Below, piece after piece: positions 45,617-56,951 of a stretch of 64,000 nt of DNA. The position numbers were made by a program, and so were the translations under genes. The notes beneath the pieces are model-generated. The model was not told where the DNA came from and ran no database searches. It saw only the letters and a program-made list of their open reading frames with translations. The stretch's first letter is position 1, and every line of letters begins with the position of its first letter. This DNA comes from Ranitomeya imitator (Eukaryota). The stretch covers positions 42,842,001 through 42,906,000 of the forward strand of contig NC_091283.1 in the NCBI RefSeq assembly GCF_032444005.1, written 5' to 3'.

Positions 45617-48600
45617 CACAATAAAGGCTGCAGCCCATTAGTGGCTGCTGATTGGCTGCAGTGCTTGCGTGACATCACAGTGCAAATATCACTGGAATGG
45701 CGCCAGACTGGGAGAAGAGTATATGCTGGTTTGTTTTTTGTATTTTTTATGCAGAATTTAAGAATGGGTTGTCAAATAGAGGACGACTTTAGAATCTGAT
45801 ATTTAAGGGGTCTGGGATCTGATTAGTAAAGGGTTCACTCTCGGGTCTGAACAATTAGAGGGTCTGATCTGTACTTTGACAGTTTAGTGGTCTCATCTTG
45901 GATCTGATCATTTAGGAGTGTGATCAATTACAGGTCTGGTCTTTGGTCTTATACTTAAGGGGTCCGGGATCTGCTAATTTAGCGGTCTGGTCTAGGGTCT
46001 GAGAAATTTGCCAATTACGCCCCTGGTTAGCGTGCCCGGGCCCTTGGCCCCAGATCTTAAAAAGTACAAACAATGTAGTGTATTGTCGGTGGGTATTGGA
46101 GCGGCAGAGCTGTGCGGTTTATAGTCCTTACTGATACATGAGAGCGGTCAGTCACCTGTACACGGGCAGATAACAGACCACCACACCTGGAGGAATATTA
46201 CTTCTGTCCACAGGGATTTCTTCACTACTTATTTGCCACCCACTGAAATTACCTGAAAAGATAAAAATACGTAGTGAGCGTCCATGTATAAGTACAAGAC
46301 TGGGACAATGAAAGGAGAATAGGCTGCAAGTTGTGCTCTGTCATTGCCATTGTGCCTGTGATTATAATGAGATCACTGTTGAGAAGTGATCTCCACAGAA
46401 CAGGAAGTGACTACTGAGAAGTGATCTCCACAGAACAGGAAGTGACTACTGAGAAGTGATCTCCACAGAACAGGAAGGGATTACTGAGAAGTGATCTCCA
46501 CAGAACAGGAAGTGACTACTGAGAAGTGATCTCCACAGAACAGAAAGTGACTACTGAGAAGTGATCTCCACAGAACAGGAAGTGACTACTGAGAAGTGAT
46601 CTCCACAGAACAGGAAGTGACTACTGAGAAGTGATCTCCACAGAACAGAAAGTGACTACTGAGAAGTGATCTCCACAGAACAGGAAGTGACTACTGAGAA
46701 GTGATCTCCACAGAACAGGAAGTGACTACTGAGAAGTGATCTCCACAGAACAGGAAGTGACTACTGAGAAGTGATCTCCACAGAACAGGAAGTGACTACT
46801 GAGAAGTGATCTCCACAGAACAGGAAGTGACTACTGAGAAGTGATCTCCACAGAACAGGAAGTGACTACTGAGAAGTGATCTCCACAGAACAGGAAGTGA
46901 CTACTGAGAAGTGATCTCCACAGAACAGGAAGTGACTACTGAGAAGTGATCTCCACAGAACAGGAAGTGACTACTGAGAAGTGATCTCCACAGAACAGGA
47001 AGTGACTACTGAGAAGTGATCTCTACAGAACAGGAAGGGATTACTGAGAAGTGATCTTTACAGAACAGAAAGGGATTACTGAGAAGTGATCTCTACAGAA
47101 CAGGAAGGGATCACTGAGAAGTGATCTCCACAGAACAGGAAGTGACTACTGAGAAGTGATCCCTCACGTGAAGTCATTATTGCCCTTTCTGTAGTGATCT
47201 CTACAGAAAAAAAGTAGTGATTACTGAGAAGTGATCTCCACAGAACAGGAAAGGACTACTGAGAAGCGATCTCTACAGAACAGGAAGGGATTACTGAGAA
47301 GTGATCTCACCAGAACAGAAAGTGACTATTGAGAAGTGATCTCTACAGGACAGGAAGGGATTACTGATGTGATCTCTACAGAACAGGAAGGGAATACTGA
47401 GAAGTGATCTCCACAGGACAAGAAGGGATTACTGAGAAGTGATCTCTACAGAAGAGGAACGGATTAATAAGAAGTGATCTCTACAAAACAGGAAAGGATT
47501 ACGAAGAAGTGATCTCCACAGAACAGGAAGTGACTACTGAGAAGTGATCCCTCACGTGAAGTCATTATTGCCCTTTCTGTAGTGATCTCTACAGAAAAAA
47601 AGTAGTGATTACTGAGAAGTGATCTCCACAGAACAGGAAAGGACTACTGAGAAGCGATCTCTACAGAACAGGAAGGGATTACTGAGAAGTGATCTCACCA
47701 GAACAGAAAGTGACTATTGAGAAGTGATCTCTACAGGACAGGAAGGGATTACTGATGTGATCTCTACAGAACAGGAAGGGAATACTGAGAAGTGATCTCC
47801 ACAGGACAAGAAGGGATTACTGAGAAGTGATCTCTACAGAAGAGGAACGGATTAATAAGAAGTGATCTCTACAAAACAGGAAAGGATTACAAAGAAGTGA
47901 TCTCTACAGAACAGGAAGGGATTATGGAGAAGTGATCTCTACAGAGCAGGAAGGGATTACTGAAGTGATCTACACAGAACAGGAAGTGATTACTAACAAG
48001 TATTCTCTACATAACAGGAAGTATTTACTGAGAAGTGATCTCTGTAGAACAGGAAGTGTCAGCCTATTATGAGTCTCTTTGAGAAAACTGTAAAATTTCA
48101 GGATTTTACTTATAGCAAATAACATGAAAAAAAAAAACCTTAGAAAGTCCAATACATGCAGCTGATACCTGATTACCAAAAAATTTTACCCTTCTGACCT
48201 CAGTCATTCTCAGGGAGAACACAAAGTAGAACAGATTTCACTGGAAGACATTAGATTGTAGTTTGAGCCAAGTGATTGTTACAAAAGAAAAACATGTAAA
48301 TTATGGGAGCGATACTTTGGGTGTGAGCTGGGAAATGGCAGGAACCATATTACTCAGAGCAAGTAGAAACATGATTAACAGCATGCCAAACAGCATGGCA
48401 GAAAAGAATAGTATGACTGACACAGACCTAATGTCTCCAGGGGCTTCTTCTCTGGGGGTGGGTCGAATACTTCTTGTGGAGGAGGCTGTGTGGTGGATAA
48501 ACCTAGTGAAATAACACATACATCAATATACAGGTTACAACTTGTGGGGAGGACAAGAAAAGGGAAGAGGAGGAAAGTAAGTAGGCCATGAAGACACATT

Positions 48601-51112
48601 ACATGATTGCTCTGAGCTATTATATGTTAAAAATGTGGGTAATATTCTGGACAACCATCCATGGTGGCCTATGCAACTTCTATATCGGCCAAGGAGAAGG
48701 TGCCCGACCCATGCATGGTGTGAGCCTGTGTAGGGCTCCCCTTCGGTAGGAACATTCTGGGGTAAAAGTGGATTGATGTATAGAACAGATCATACCTTCT
48801 GGATTTGGGCATTTCAGGAAGTTCCTTCCGAAGGGTTTTCTCTTATAGATGTCTTTCCAGTTGGCATGGTCTGGCAGGGCTATTGCCTTCTTCTGTAGAC
48901 CCCACTCCTTTTCACACAATTCTAACCAGCCCTGAGCCGTCTCCGGTTCCTTCTGCACTGGTGGTAGAAGATTTGCCAAGTTCGGAACTAGATTCGTCTG
49001 CGGCTCTTGTTTTTTAGGTTTCCATTTGGGTGGCTTTATTCCAAAAGTTGGTTCCTCTACAGCTAATGACACCTGGGACTGTTCCTGTTCCTGGACTGAT
49101 GTGATGGACTTTTCTACTTCTAGAGTTGTTTGCTTGGTGATCTCTTGGTCCTGAGATACCACATTGGACTTCTCCAGGTCAGGAGATGTGCTTTTAGGTT
49201 TCTCTTGCACCTGAGTTGTCCCTATAGACTTTTCCTGTTCCTGAGATGTCGATTTGGACTTCTCCAATTCCGGTACTCTTACATTAAGCTTCTCTTCTAC
49301 CTGAGCGGTCACTTTAGACTTGTCCTGAGATGGCATTTTGGACTCCTCCTGATCATGACTAGTCTCTTTAGGCCTCTCCTGTGAAGTCTCTTTAGTCTTT
49401 TCCTGTTCCTGAGCAGTCACTTTTGGCTCTTCTTTTACCTGAGCAGTCACTTTCGGCACCTCTTTTACCTGAGCAGTCACTTTCGGCACCTCTTTTACCT
49501 GAGCAGTCACTTTAGCCTTCTCTGGTTCCTGAGCAGTCACTTTTAGCTCCTCTTTTACCTGAGCAGTCACTTTTGGCTCCTCTTTTACCTGAGCAGTCAC
49601 TTTAGCCTTCTCTGGTTCCTGAGCAGTCACTTTTAGCTCCTCTTTTACCTGAGCAGTCACTTTTGGCTCCTCTTTTACCTGAGCAGTCAGTTTAGCCTTC
49701 TCTGGTTCCTGAGCAGTCACTTTAGGCTTCTCCTGTTCCTGCGCAGTCAGTTTTGGCTCCTCTTTTACCTGAGCAGTCACTTTTGTCTCCTCTTTTACCT
49801 GAGCAGTCACTTTTGTCTCCTCTTTTACCTGAACAGTCACTTTCGGCTCCTCTTTTACCTGAGCAGTCACTTTAGCCTTCTCTGGTTCCTGAACAGTCAC
49901 TTTCGGCACCTCTTTTACCTGAGCAGTCACTTTTGGCTCCTCTTTCACCTGAGCGGTCACTTTAGCCTTCTCTGGTTCCTGAGCAGTCACTTTTGGCTCT
50001 TCTTTTACCTGAGCAGTCACTTTCGGCACCTCTTTTACCTGAGCAGTCACTTTAGCCTTCTCCTGTTCCTGAGCAGTCACTTTTGGCTCCTCTTTTACCT
50101 GAACAGTCACTTTCGGCACCTCTTTTACCTGAGCAGTCACTTTCGGCACCTCTTTTACCTGAGCAGTCACTTTAGCCTTCTCCAGTTCCTGAGCAGTCAC
50201 TTTAGCCTCCTCTTTTACCTGAGCAGTCACTTTAGGCTTCTCCAGTTCCTGAGCAGTCACTTTTGTCTCCTCTTTTACCTGAACAGTCACTTTAGGCTCC
50301 TCTTTTACCTGAGCAGTCACTTTAGTCTTCTCCTGATCCTGAGCAGTCACTTTCGGCTCCTCTTTCACCTGAGCAGTCACTATAGCCTTCTCCAGATCCT
50401 GAGCAGTCACTTTCGGCTCCTCTTTTAGCTGAGCTGTCACTTTAGTCTTCTCCTGTTCCGGAGCTGTCAGTGTCCGCTCCTCTTTTACCTGAGCAGTCAC
50501 TTTAGGCTTCTCCAGTTCCTGAGCAGTCACTTTCGGCTCCTTTTTTACCTGAGCTGTCACTTTCGGCTCCTCTTTTACCTGAGCAGTCACTTTAGTCTTC
50601 TCCAGATCCTGAGCAGTCACTTTCGGCTCGTCTTTTACCTGAGCTGTCACTTTAGCCTTCTCCTGTTCCCGAGCTGTCAGTGTCCGCTCCTCTTTTACCT
50701 GAGCTGTCACTTTAGACTTGTGTTGTTCAGCAGTCTCATTATGATCTGGTTTCTCAGCTCCTTTCAGATCTTCTTGCGCTCGTTTAGCTGCTCCTGGCTT
50801 CTCGGATGTCTCTTCTTTATGTTTCTTGTGTTTGCCAGGGTTCGCTTTGTCATTATCTTTCCTTTTGTGTTCTTCTAGTTTTCCATCTGTCTGGATTGTG
50901 TCTTTGTTTGTTCCCGGGGTCTCATTTTTAGATGGTATTTCTTGCTCCTCTGTCTCTTTTGCCAGGGGAGGGTCACTGTCTCCCTGCTCTTTCTGCCTTG
51001 GAGTCTCCACCTTTTCATTATTGTCGGTGGCTTCATTTACAGGATTCTTCCCAGCCAGCTTGGCATCCACCCTTGGGCCAACTTGCCCTTCTGGTGGTGA
51101 GCAGGCACTCAT
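40592..51112 (-). CDS. NCCRP1: NCCRP1 (FBA-domain protein, FBXO50), 6 exons, 953 aa, with a long N-terminal 10-aa repeat region
   Basis: Exons 51112-48796, 48502-48428, 46252-46156, 44738-44643, 41430-41292 and 40729-40592, all GT-AG with compatible phases (2862 nt in total). Motifs FGRNFLKCPNPEG, PLETLGNFSGW, WCVKEQLLDL..EGLW.ELLD, YELHVKLLA and VSHIF..YGPGLRYVHFLHK..RTRV.DS match NCCRP1. It lies between PAK4 and SYCN. Confidence 0.93.
41292..41430 (-). CDS. NCCRP1: NCCRP1 exon 5
   Basis: (W)YEDSKLHKQVYELHVKLLAEDKKTILAQLDLTPENDMSGEPKGWNA, with donor GTGAGT. Confidence 0.93.
41450..44570 (+). mobile_element. Decayed L2-clade LINE (ORF2/RT and 3' end), split by insertions, filling NCCRP1 intron 4 in antisense
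   Basis: Broken ORF2 pieces include QPWHNN, CALDPIP, FPSAFKHATITPILKKP, PQGSVLGP, YADDT and ISRI / RPFL...LIISRLDYCN. The tail ends AAATAAATAATAAC at about 44570. Confidence 0.9.
43000..43515 (-). mobile_element. L2 3' fragment inserted in opposite orientation inside the larger L2
   Basis: The reverse complement encodes RFKLLTLIYKAIHNMSPPYIPELISQYLPSRNLRSSQDLLL and ends in an (AAT)n tail at 43000-43015. Confidence 0.85.
44643..44738 (-). CDS. NCCRP1: NCCRP1 exon 4
   Basis: (S)WCVKEQLLDLCSEGLWPELLDSYQPDIYVLD(W), with acceptor TTTGCAG and donor GTGAGT. Confidence 0.93.
46156..46252 (-). CDS. NCCRP1: NCCRP1 exon 3
   Basis: (G)NFSGWQISSEEIPVDRSNIPPGVVVCYLPVY(S), with acceptor CTTTTCAG. Confidence 0.9.
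46375..48060. repeat. 35-bp minisatellite (GAGAAGTGATCTCCACAGAACAGGAAGTGACTACT), about 47 units, in NCCRP1 intron 2
   Basis: The left half is homogeneous. The right half is diverged and includes a block duplication of about 388 bp (markers at 47161 and 47549). Confidence 0.96.
48428..48502 (-). CDS. NCCRP1: NCCRP1 exon 2
   Basis: (G)LSTTQPPPQEVFDPPPEKKPLETL(G), 75 nt, phase 1-1. Confidence 0.9.
   Translation of the reverse strand, partial: VYPPHSLLHKKYSTHPQRRSPWRH
48796..51112 (-). CDS. NCCRP1: NCCRP1 exon 1 (2317 nt)
   Basis: ATG at 51112 with an in-frame TGA two codons upstream. The frame stays open through the repeat into WLELCEKEWGL...WKDIYKRKPFGRNFLKCPNPE, followed by donor GTATGA. 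Confidence 0.88.
49410..50720 (-). repeat. Coding 30-bp tandem repeat (KVTAQVKEEP / KVTAQEPEKA variants), about 44 units
   Basis: Plus-strand unit TCTTTTACCTGAGCAGTCACTTTCGGCTCC and variants, all frame-preserving. Confidence 0.95.
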
Positions 51113-52759
51113 TCTTCAGTCTTCTCTCCCTCTCTCTGTCCTTCCAGGTGGTTTTAAGGTTCTGCTCCTCCTTCCCAGAGAGAAGACTCAGAGTGTAGGT
51201 GTGTGATGAGTAGTGTGGAGAGGAGGGAGTGCCGGCCAGAAGGCAGAACAAGCTGCTCATTGTGCTGCCAGGTATCCTGTGCAGATGACAGCAGGGACTC
51301 CCCTCCGATCATTCATTCTGGGTGCACCTTGTCATCAGAGACGCCATTGGCAGCTCCATCGCCATTCACGTGCATTCAGCCCCTGGGACAGGTTTGGTCA
51401 TCACCTTCAGAACGCAGCAATTTTACACAACTTCTTTCTCTTCACTTCTCCCCATATGGCCAAGTTGTATTCTTCATTGGCATCGTATTTTAAGAATTTT
51501 ATTTCAGTAGCACTCACCGAGCCATATAAGCGTATATTCAACTTTTTGATATTTTTCTTTACCTCCCCATCCCCCCAAAAAGTTGAGTAATTGTGTTTCT
51601 TTGTCGTTTTTCTTTTTTCTTTTTATGGTGTTCCTTATCTACGATAAAGTACATGATTATATTAAAGCTTGGGACTTTATTCGCAATTATTTGCACTTTT
51701 TTTGTTATTATTTCCAACACTGAAGGACCTGTGAATATGGGGAAAAAGGGTGATGTTTGGGGTATTTTTCACTTGAATTCTGCCCTTATTTTTCTTTTTT
51801 TAAAAATTAAAATAAATTATCCTACTTGGGGATATTATTGCGTAGATAACACAAAAGTTTTGCAGTGTTTAATGACAGCCACAGGACAAATAACAAACAG
51901 CCTGTTATGCCATTTGTACCTGGGAGGGTGGGGGCCATTATTAGACCACCATCCGCCACAACAACCCATCTGTGGCAAATGATCTAACAAGCTTGGATGC
52001 AATAGTCACTAATGATAGTGGCTCATTAGTTGGTTAAACACCAGGGATTGGAGTGATCTACAATCCCAGTCTTTACAGCAGATCAGAATTTGCAACTAGG
52101 GTCAAAGGGTTCATGGCCACCTGGGTCAGACTGACCCAGCCCTCCGGTTAACACCTGCTCTGGCAGTCATGGAGCCCAAATGGAATAGCCAACATTTTGA
52201 TATGGAGCTGACTTTGGAGGATTATAAAGAGAAATGTCCATTTGTTCCAAAGGTGGCACCACTGCTGCCCATCTGATAGAAACGAAGACAAGCTGCAGTA
52301 CCAGACACAGCCTGTGATGAACAGTGGCGCTGTCTCATTGGTAGGGTTGGGAAGCCTATTTTGTAGATGTTATAGGTCTTTCTAGTTTACACGATTCTCT
52401 TTAATATCAGGTTTCCAAGGGGATGATCGTAAATTGGGCAAAAATCTGTAAAAGGTATTTGCAATAGACACACCTGAGCAGCCATGTAGAGCCATATACT
52501 GCTAGGTGTGATTGTGTTCACAGCTCCAGAGCCTGTAACTCCTGTCCCCTCCCTGGTGACTCACTGACACTGTGCACTCAGGATCTGCTCTGCACATACA
52601 GAAGGGCCCATTGTACTTCTACTCTTCGGGCTTTTTCTTTTCCCCTTTCAGGCTACAAATATTGTACATTTATAGTACAAAAAGTTACCAACTTACCTGC
52701 TGGTGGTTATTGTACTTATCTTATCAGTAAACTAATTTATTTCATGCCGTGTCAAAAAG

Positions 52760-53102
52760 AAGACTTTGCCTTAATTATATATATTTTTTTGTAAATGCCG
52801 CCGTTCTCCTGAATCCGGCGATGTTTTTCTTTTGTTCCTGCGCCCCTCCGTTCCTGAGATACGGCCTCTTCTTTCCTGTATATAAATCTAGCATTTTTTT
52901 TTTAGCCAACTGGGCAGAGAAAATTATGACCACGCCCACTTACAAACAATCAAAAACTTACACACTGGGAAGAGGAGGCCATATCTCAGGAACGGAGAGG
53001 CGCAGGAACAAAAGAAAAACATCGCCGGATTCAGGAGAACAGAGGCATTTAGACCAGGTTAAAAAAAATACATATTAGTGACAAGTGAGAAGTCCCCTTT
53101 AA
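52760..53102. mobile_element. Palindromic T2/Kolobok-type MITE (same family as 23299)
   Basis: GTTCTCCTGAATCCGGCGATG / CATCGCCGGATTCAGGAGAAC arms, ending AGTCCCCTTTAA. The left boundary is approximate. Confidence 0.7.
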
Positions 53103-56100
53103 GGGGGAATACAATAGATTTGGTTATAGTATTGTGCCTTCGGGTTAATAATAAAAAGTTATTAGTCTCCTTTTTTTTTCTTCTCCGAGTTGAGTGCACC
53201 ATAGACGAATCACACAGGAGGGAAGTCACAACTTCTCCAAAGATATTTCCATATGTGAATGGATGCCTTTAACAATTCACCAGAAACAGGAAGGTCGGCT
53301 CTTGCAGGACGGAGATGCCGCCGACCTCTCATCACACCCTGCAACTCACAACATATTCTAAAATGCATTAACCCTTCGATTGTCTACACCCGTCTGAAAT
53401 AAGCGGGTCACAACCACATGATGCCTTTTGGACAATCAGGAAAGAGATACTTCGTTCTACACAGCCCACATGGGGTCTTATGTCCCCCTAATTGGGACCA
53501 CCCGGTATCGGGTCATCTGCACCAGATAATGCCTTTCCGTGAGAAGGAAATAAGAATGTGTCACCCCTGTGATCCATGGTTAAAAATTGGTGTTCATTTT
53601 CCCAGCAGCGCCCCTACAGGCGAAAGGAGGCATGACACAATGGCCATGAAAATCAGCTGCCTATGAAATGGATACACATGCTGAGTCATTTTAAGGGTTC
53701 ATGTTGTCAGCCTTTAAAAAGGGATTGAACCGAGGGGTAGTTTTGCTTACTTAAAGGAACGTTCCACTTTTATTTGGTAAAGCAGTTCTGAAGATACAGG
53801 GCTATTTAAAGGGGGGTGTATGATGAAGACCACCCCTGTCTATATGCCCTATTAGGCATGTGAACATGATAGAGGGGGACCCCAACGTAAGACCTCCCTG
53901 AGCCATAAACTATCCTGTAATTACAGGGACATGGATTCATCTGAATGGTTGACAGATATCCGCAGGATAGATGATGACTGCTAGATCCGTAAGGGTCCGA
54001 CCGCTGGGGTCCATCTCCAGGGCAGGGTCCTGCCTATTTGAGAATCTATGGGATTAATATAAACTGAATGGAGTGCATCAATCATTGGTGGTCCCAGCGG
54101 TCGGACCCCTCCATTCTAGCTATTATTACTAAACCATGTGGATAGATAATAACTTGTTATAGCCGGAATCCCCCTTTAAAGAGTTTGTATTACATTAGAA
54201 ATAGGAATAGTATTTTCTTCAGCAACAGCGCCACTCTGGTCCGTGGCCTTGTCTGGTATTGCAGCCAATCCCTATTCACTTGAATATTGCAAATAACAGA
54301 ACAGACGCGAGCGCCGCCGGTCAGAGAGGGAGCGTTTCTCTAAAACTGAAGAATGTATTGGCTGAATGACAAGTGAAAGGTCCTCGTGCGCCCCAAGCGA
54401 AGAGTCACAACGTAACAATGGCCTCTGGCATCCTCTGTCCTTAATGGGAGGAGGGGGGGGCTTTAAATTTCGCACATATCTGTGAACCCTGATTAGAGAG
54501 GATTCAGGAGCACAAGGCCGGCGACCTTCACTATAGACTGCGCCGATTGTTCTCTCCAGATACATCTGTCTATGATTTGCCCTTCCCCCATCTGTGAATC
54601 ACAGGGAAGATATCGTGTTATCGTCTATTATGGAATCCAGAACGGCTCCGTCATCGCCCCAGCACCTGTTCACACCGGGCGTTTGTCACCATCGACCCAT
54701 AATCATGTGATCGCCTGTATAGAGCTTCCATTTTTATCTTCTGCATCATTTTCTTCATTGTTGACCATTTTCTCCTTCTTGTATCACTCTCCGCATTCCG
54801 TTCTTACATTTAAAGGGCAAGGCCGCCATTTTTTTTCGGCATGTGAATGCCTACTTTTTCACAGCACCCATGATGTTTTGCAGCGACGAGGAAGCCTTGC
54901 CCAGGTGAAACTTTTCTCTACAGACCATTTACTTTGGTCCCTTTCTCCGACAATGATGCGGCAGCTAGATATCATCATTAGGTCCTCTTTGACCCCCGTG
55001 TCTGGAGGTATGAGATGTTGGTTGCTTCCCCACTTGTAAATACATAACATTACCGTATACTATGATCTCGATTTACGGTCTGGACTATAGACCGGAGCTG
55101 CATTATAATACTGCAACCTTCAGAGCAGCACCCTCTCAGGACTCCTTAGGGGCTCTGGCTCGAGAGGGAGCAGATCCGTTTTTTTCTAACTCTGGACAAT
55201 ATATTGGTTCAGTGCCGTCATGTGAAAGGTCCCGGAGCCAAGAGTCGGAGCGATGCCGTGACCGAACGCGCGCCGCCTGCAATCTGCTAATCCCGCTGGA
55301 TTATATTGTTTGGCTCTTGCACTGGAGCGGCAGGTTTGAGAATATGGATAAACCTGAAGATTCATCGCCTGTCGCAGTTTTCCATGGTGATAAATCAACA
55401 TATTTATTCAATGTTAAAGGGACAGTGCGCCTAAATTCTATGTCCTCACCAATGGTAGCATTATTAGCTGCATGTATTGTTCCCCGTTATCAGCCAGACA
55501 GACATTAAACTCTGTTATTCCCACTTGTAGCGTGTTTTCTAGCACTCTCTGTTATCTGAAGTCTGTTATCTCTACCTTATAGCGTTTTTTAGCTGCAGTC
55601 TATTGCTCTCTGTTGTCAGCCAGACTGGGAAATAGCAGAATATAACGCTCTTTAACCTCGATTTGATATTTTCTGTACCAATTCCTCAGTTGTCACAGTC
55701 CCATCTTGCGGTCCTCGGCCCTGGTGGAGCGGTGCGCGGCGTGGCATGGGACGGGTACTAGCGCCGGGTGCTTGTGAGGCGGTATTCTATACTGGCACGG
55801 TCCAGGAATGGCAGAGGCGCGCTCCAGCGAGGCTCATATACAGGGCCCAGGCGTGCCACGGGGCCCTGCCAGTTGCTTTATCACCATTCCATGGCAGGGG
55901 TGTAATTAACATGACGGTGCCATTACCGCACACATTCTACAGGCCGGATTCACGAGGACCCATTTCCTCGGCTTCCATTGCAGTGAGTGTGCGGCGCAGA
56001 CCTGCCTCGTCAGAGCGTCCTAAGATCGGATATTAAAGGGGGCATCCTTGGGACGTCATGGACGCGGATAAGGGAAACAAACTGTTGCAGATTGGTAGGG

Positions 56101-56404
56101 AGCAGGCTACTGGGACCCCAATTCATTCCTATTGCCCCCAGTGTAACATCAAGCCCCCAATGTATAAGCTCCGGCCCCCCGCCATGCCGTCTGCCTGTAC
56201 TAGCATGTGACAGAACGGCCACTGATACCAGAGGGGTCCTGTATTGGGGGAACAAGTCCGTGCATGACATTTCTTCCTCCTGAATCTTCCACCATCACCT
56301 CTGAGTGATATTATTGAGAAGTGGATGGAACCGCAGCCACGAAATGGAGACCCCACAACATTACGGAGCAGAGGGCACAAAAGTCACCAACGCCCTGCTG
56401 ACCT

Positions 56405-56951
56405 CATAACTGAAGAGTCCAGACCTCCTCTGGTATAACATCAGCACAGACACTGCGCCCTGCCGGGAGCTTAATGGTTGAGTAGATTCATACAGCCGTA
56501 CATCACCAAGCACAATGCCGAGCGTCGGCTGGAGTGGTGTAAAGCCGCCACCATTGGACTCTGGAGGAAACGTGTTCTGTGCAGTGACGGATCACACGTC
56601 TCTATCTGATGGAGGAGGCTGGCTTTGGTGACACCAGGGGGACGTTACCCATCAGTGAATGAAATACCCGCCCTGATCCCATAACTGCAGAGTCCAGACC
56701 TCTTCTAGTATATCAGCACAGACACTGTGCCCCGCCGGGAGCTTCATGGTTGAGTAGATTCATACAGCCGTACATCACCAAGCACAATGCCGAGCGTCGG
56801 CTGGAGTGGTGTAAAGCCGCCACCATTGGACTCTGGAGGAAACGTGTTCTGTGCAGTGACGGATCACACGTCTCTATCTGATGGAGGAGGCTGGCTTTGG
56901 TGACACCAGGGGGACGTTACCCATCAGTAAATTAAATACCCGCCCTGATCC
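56405..56951 (+). mobile_element. Two tandem copies (about 275 bp each) of a decayed Tc1 transposase fragment
   Basis: Each copy contains CATACAGCCGTACATCACCAAGCACAATGCCGAGCGTCGGCTGGAGTGGTGTAAAGC (QPYITKHNAERRLEWCK), resembling the Tc1 region just before the first catalytic Asp. Confidence 0.7.

Noticed and set aside
48680-48795. C-terminal MICSIHQ...PSPWPI of the 810-aa ORF
   Set aside because: It is intron 1 read-through. The GT donor at 48795 joins exon 2 to give the conserved NCCRP1 sequence.
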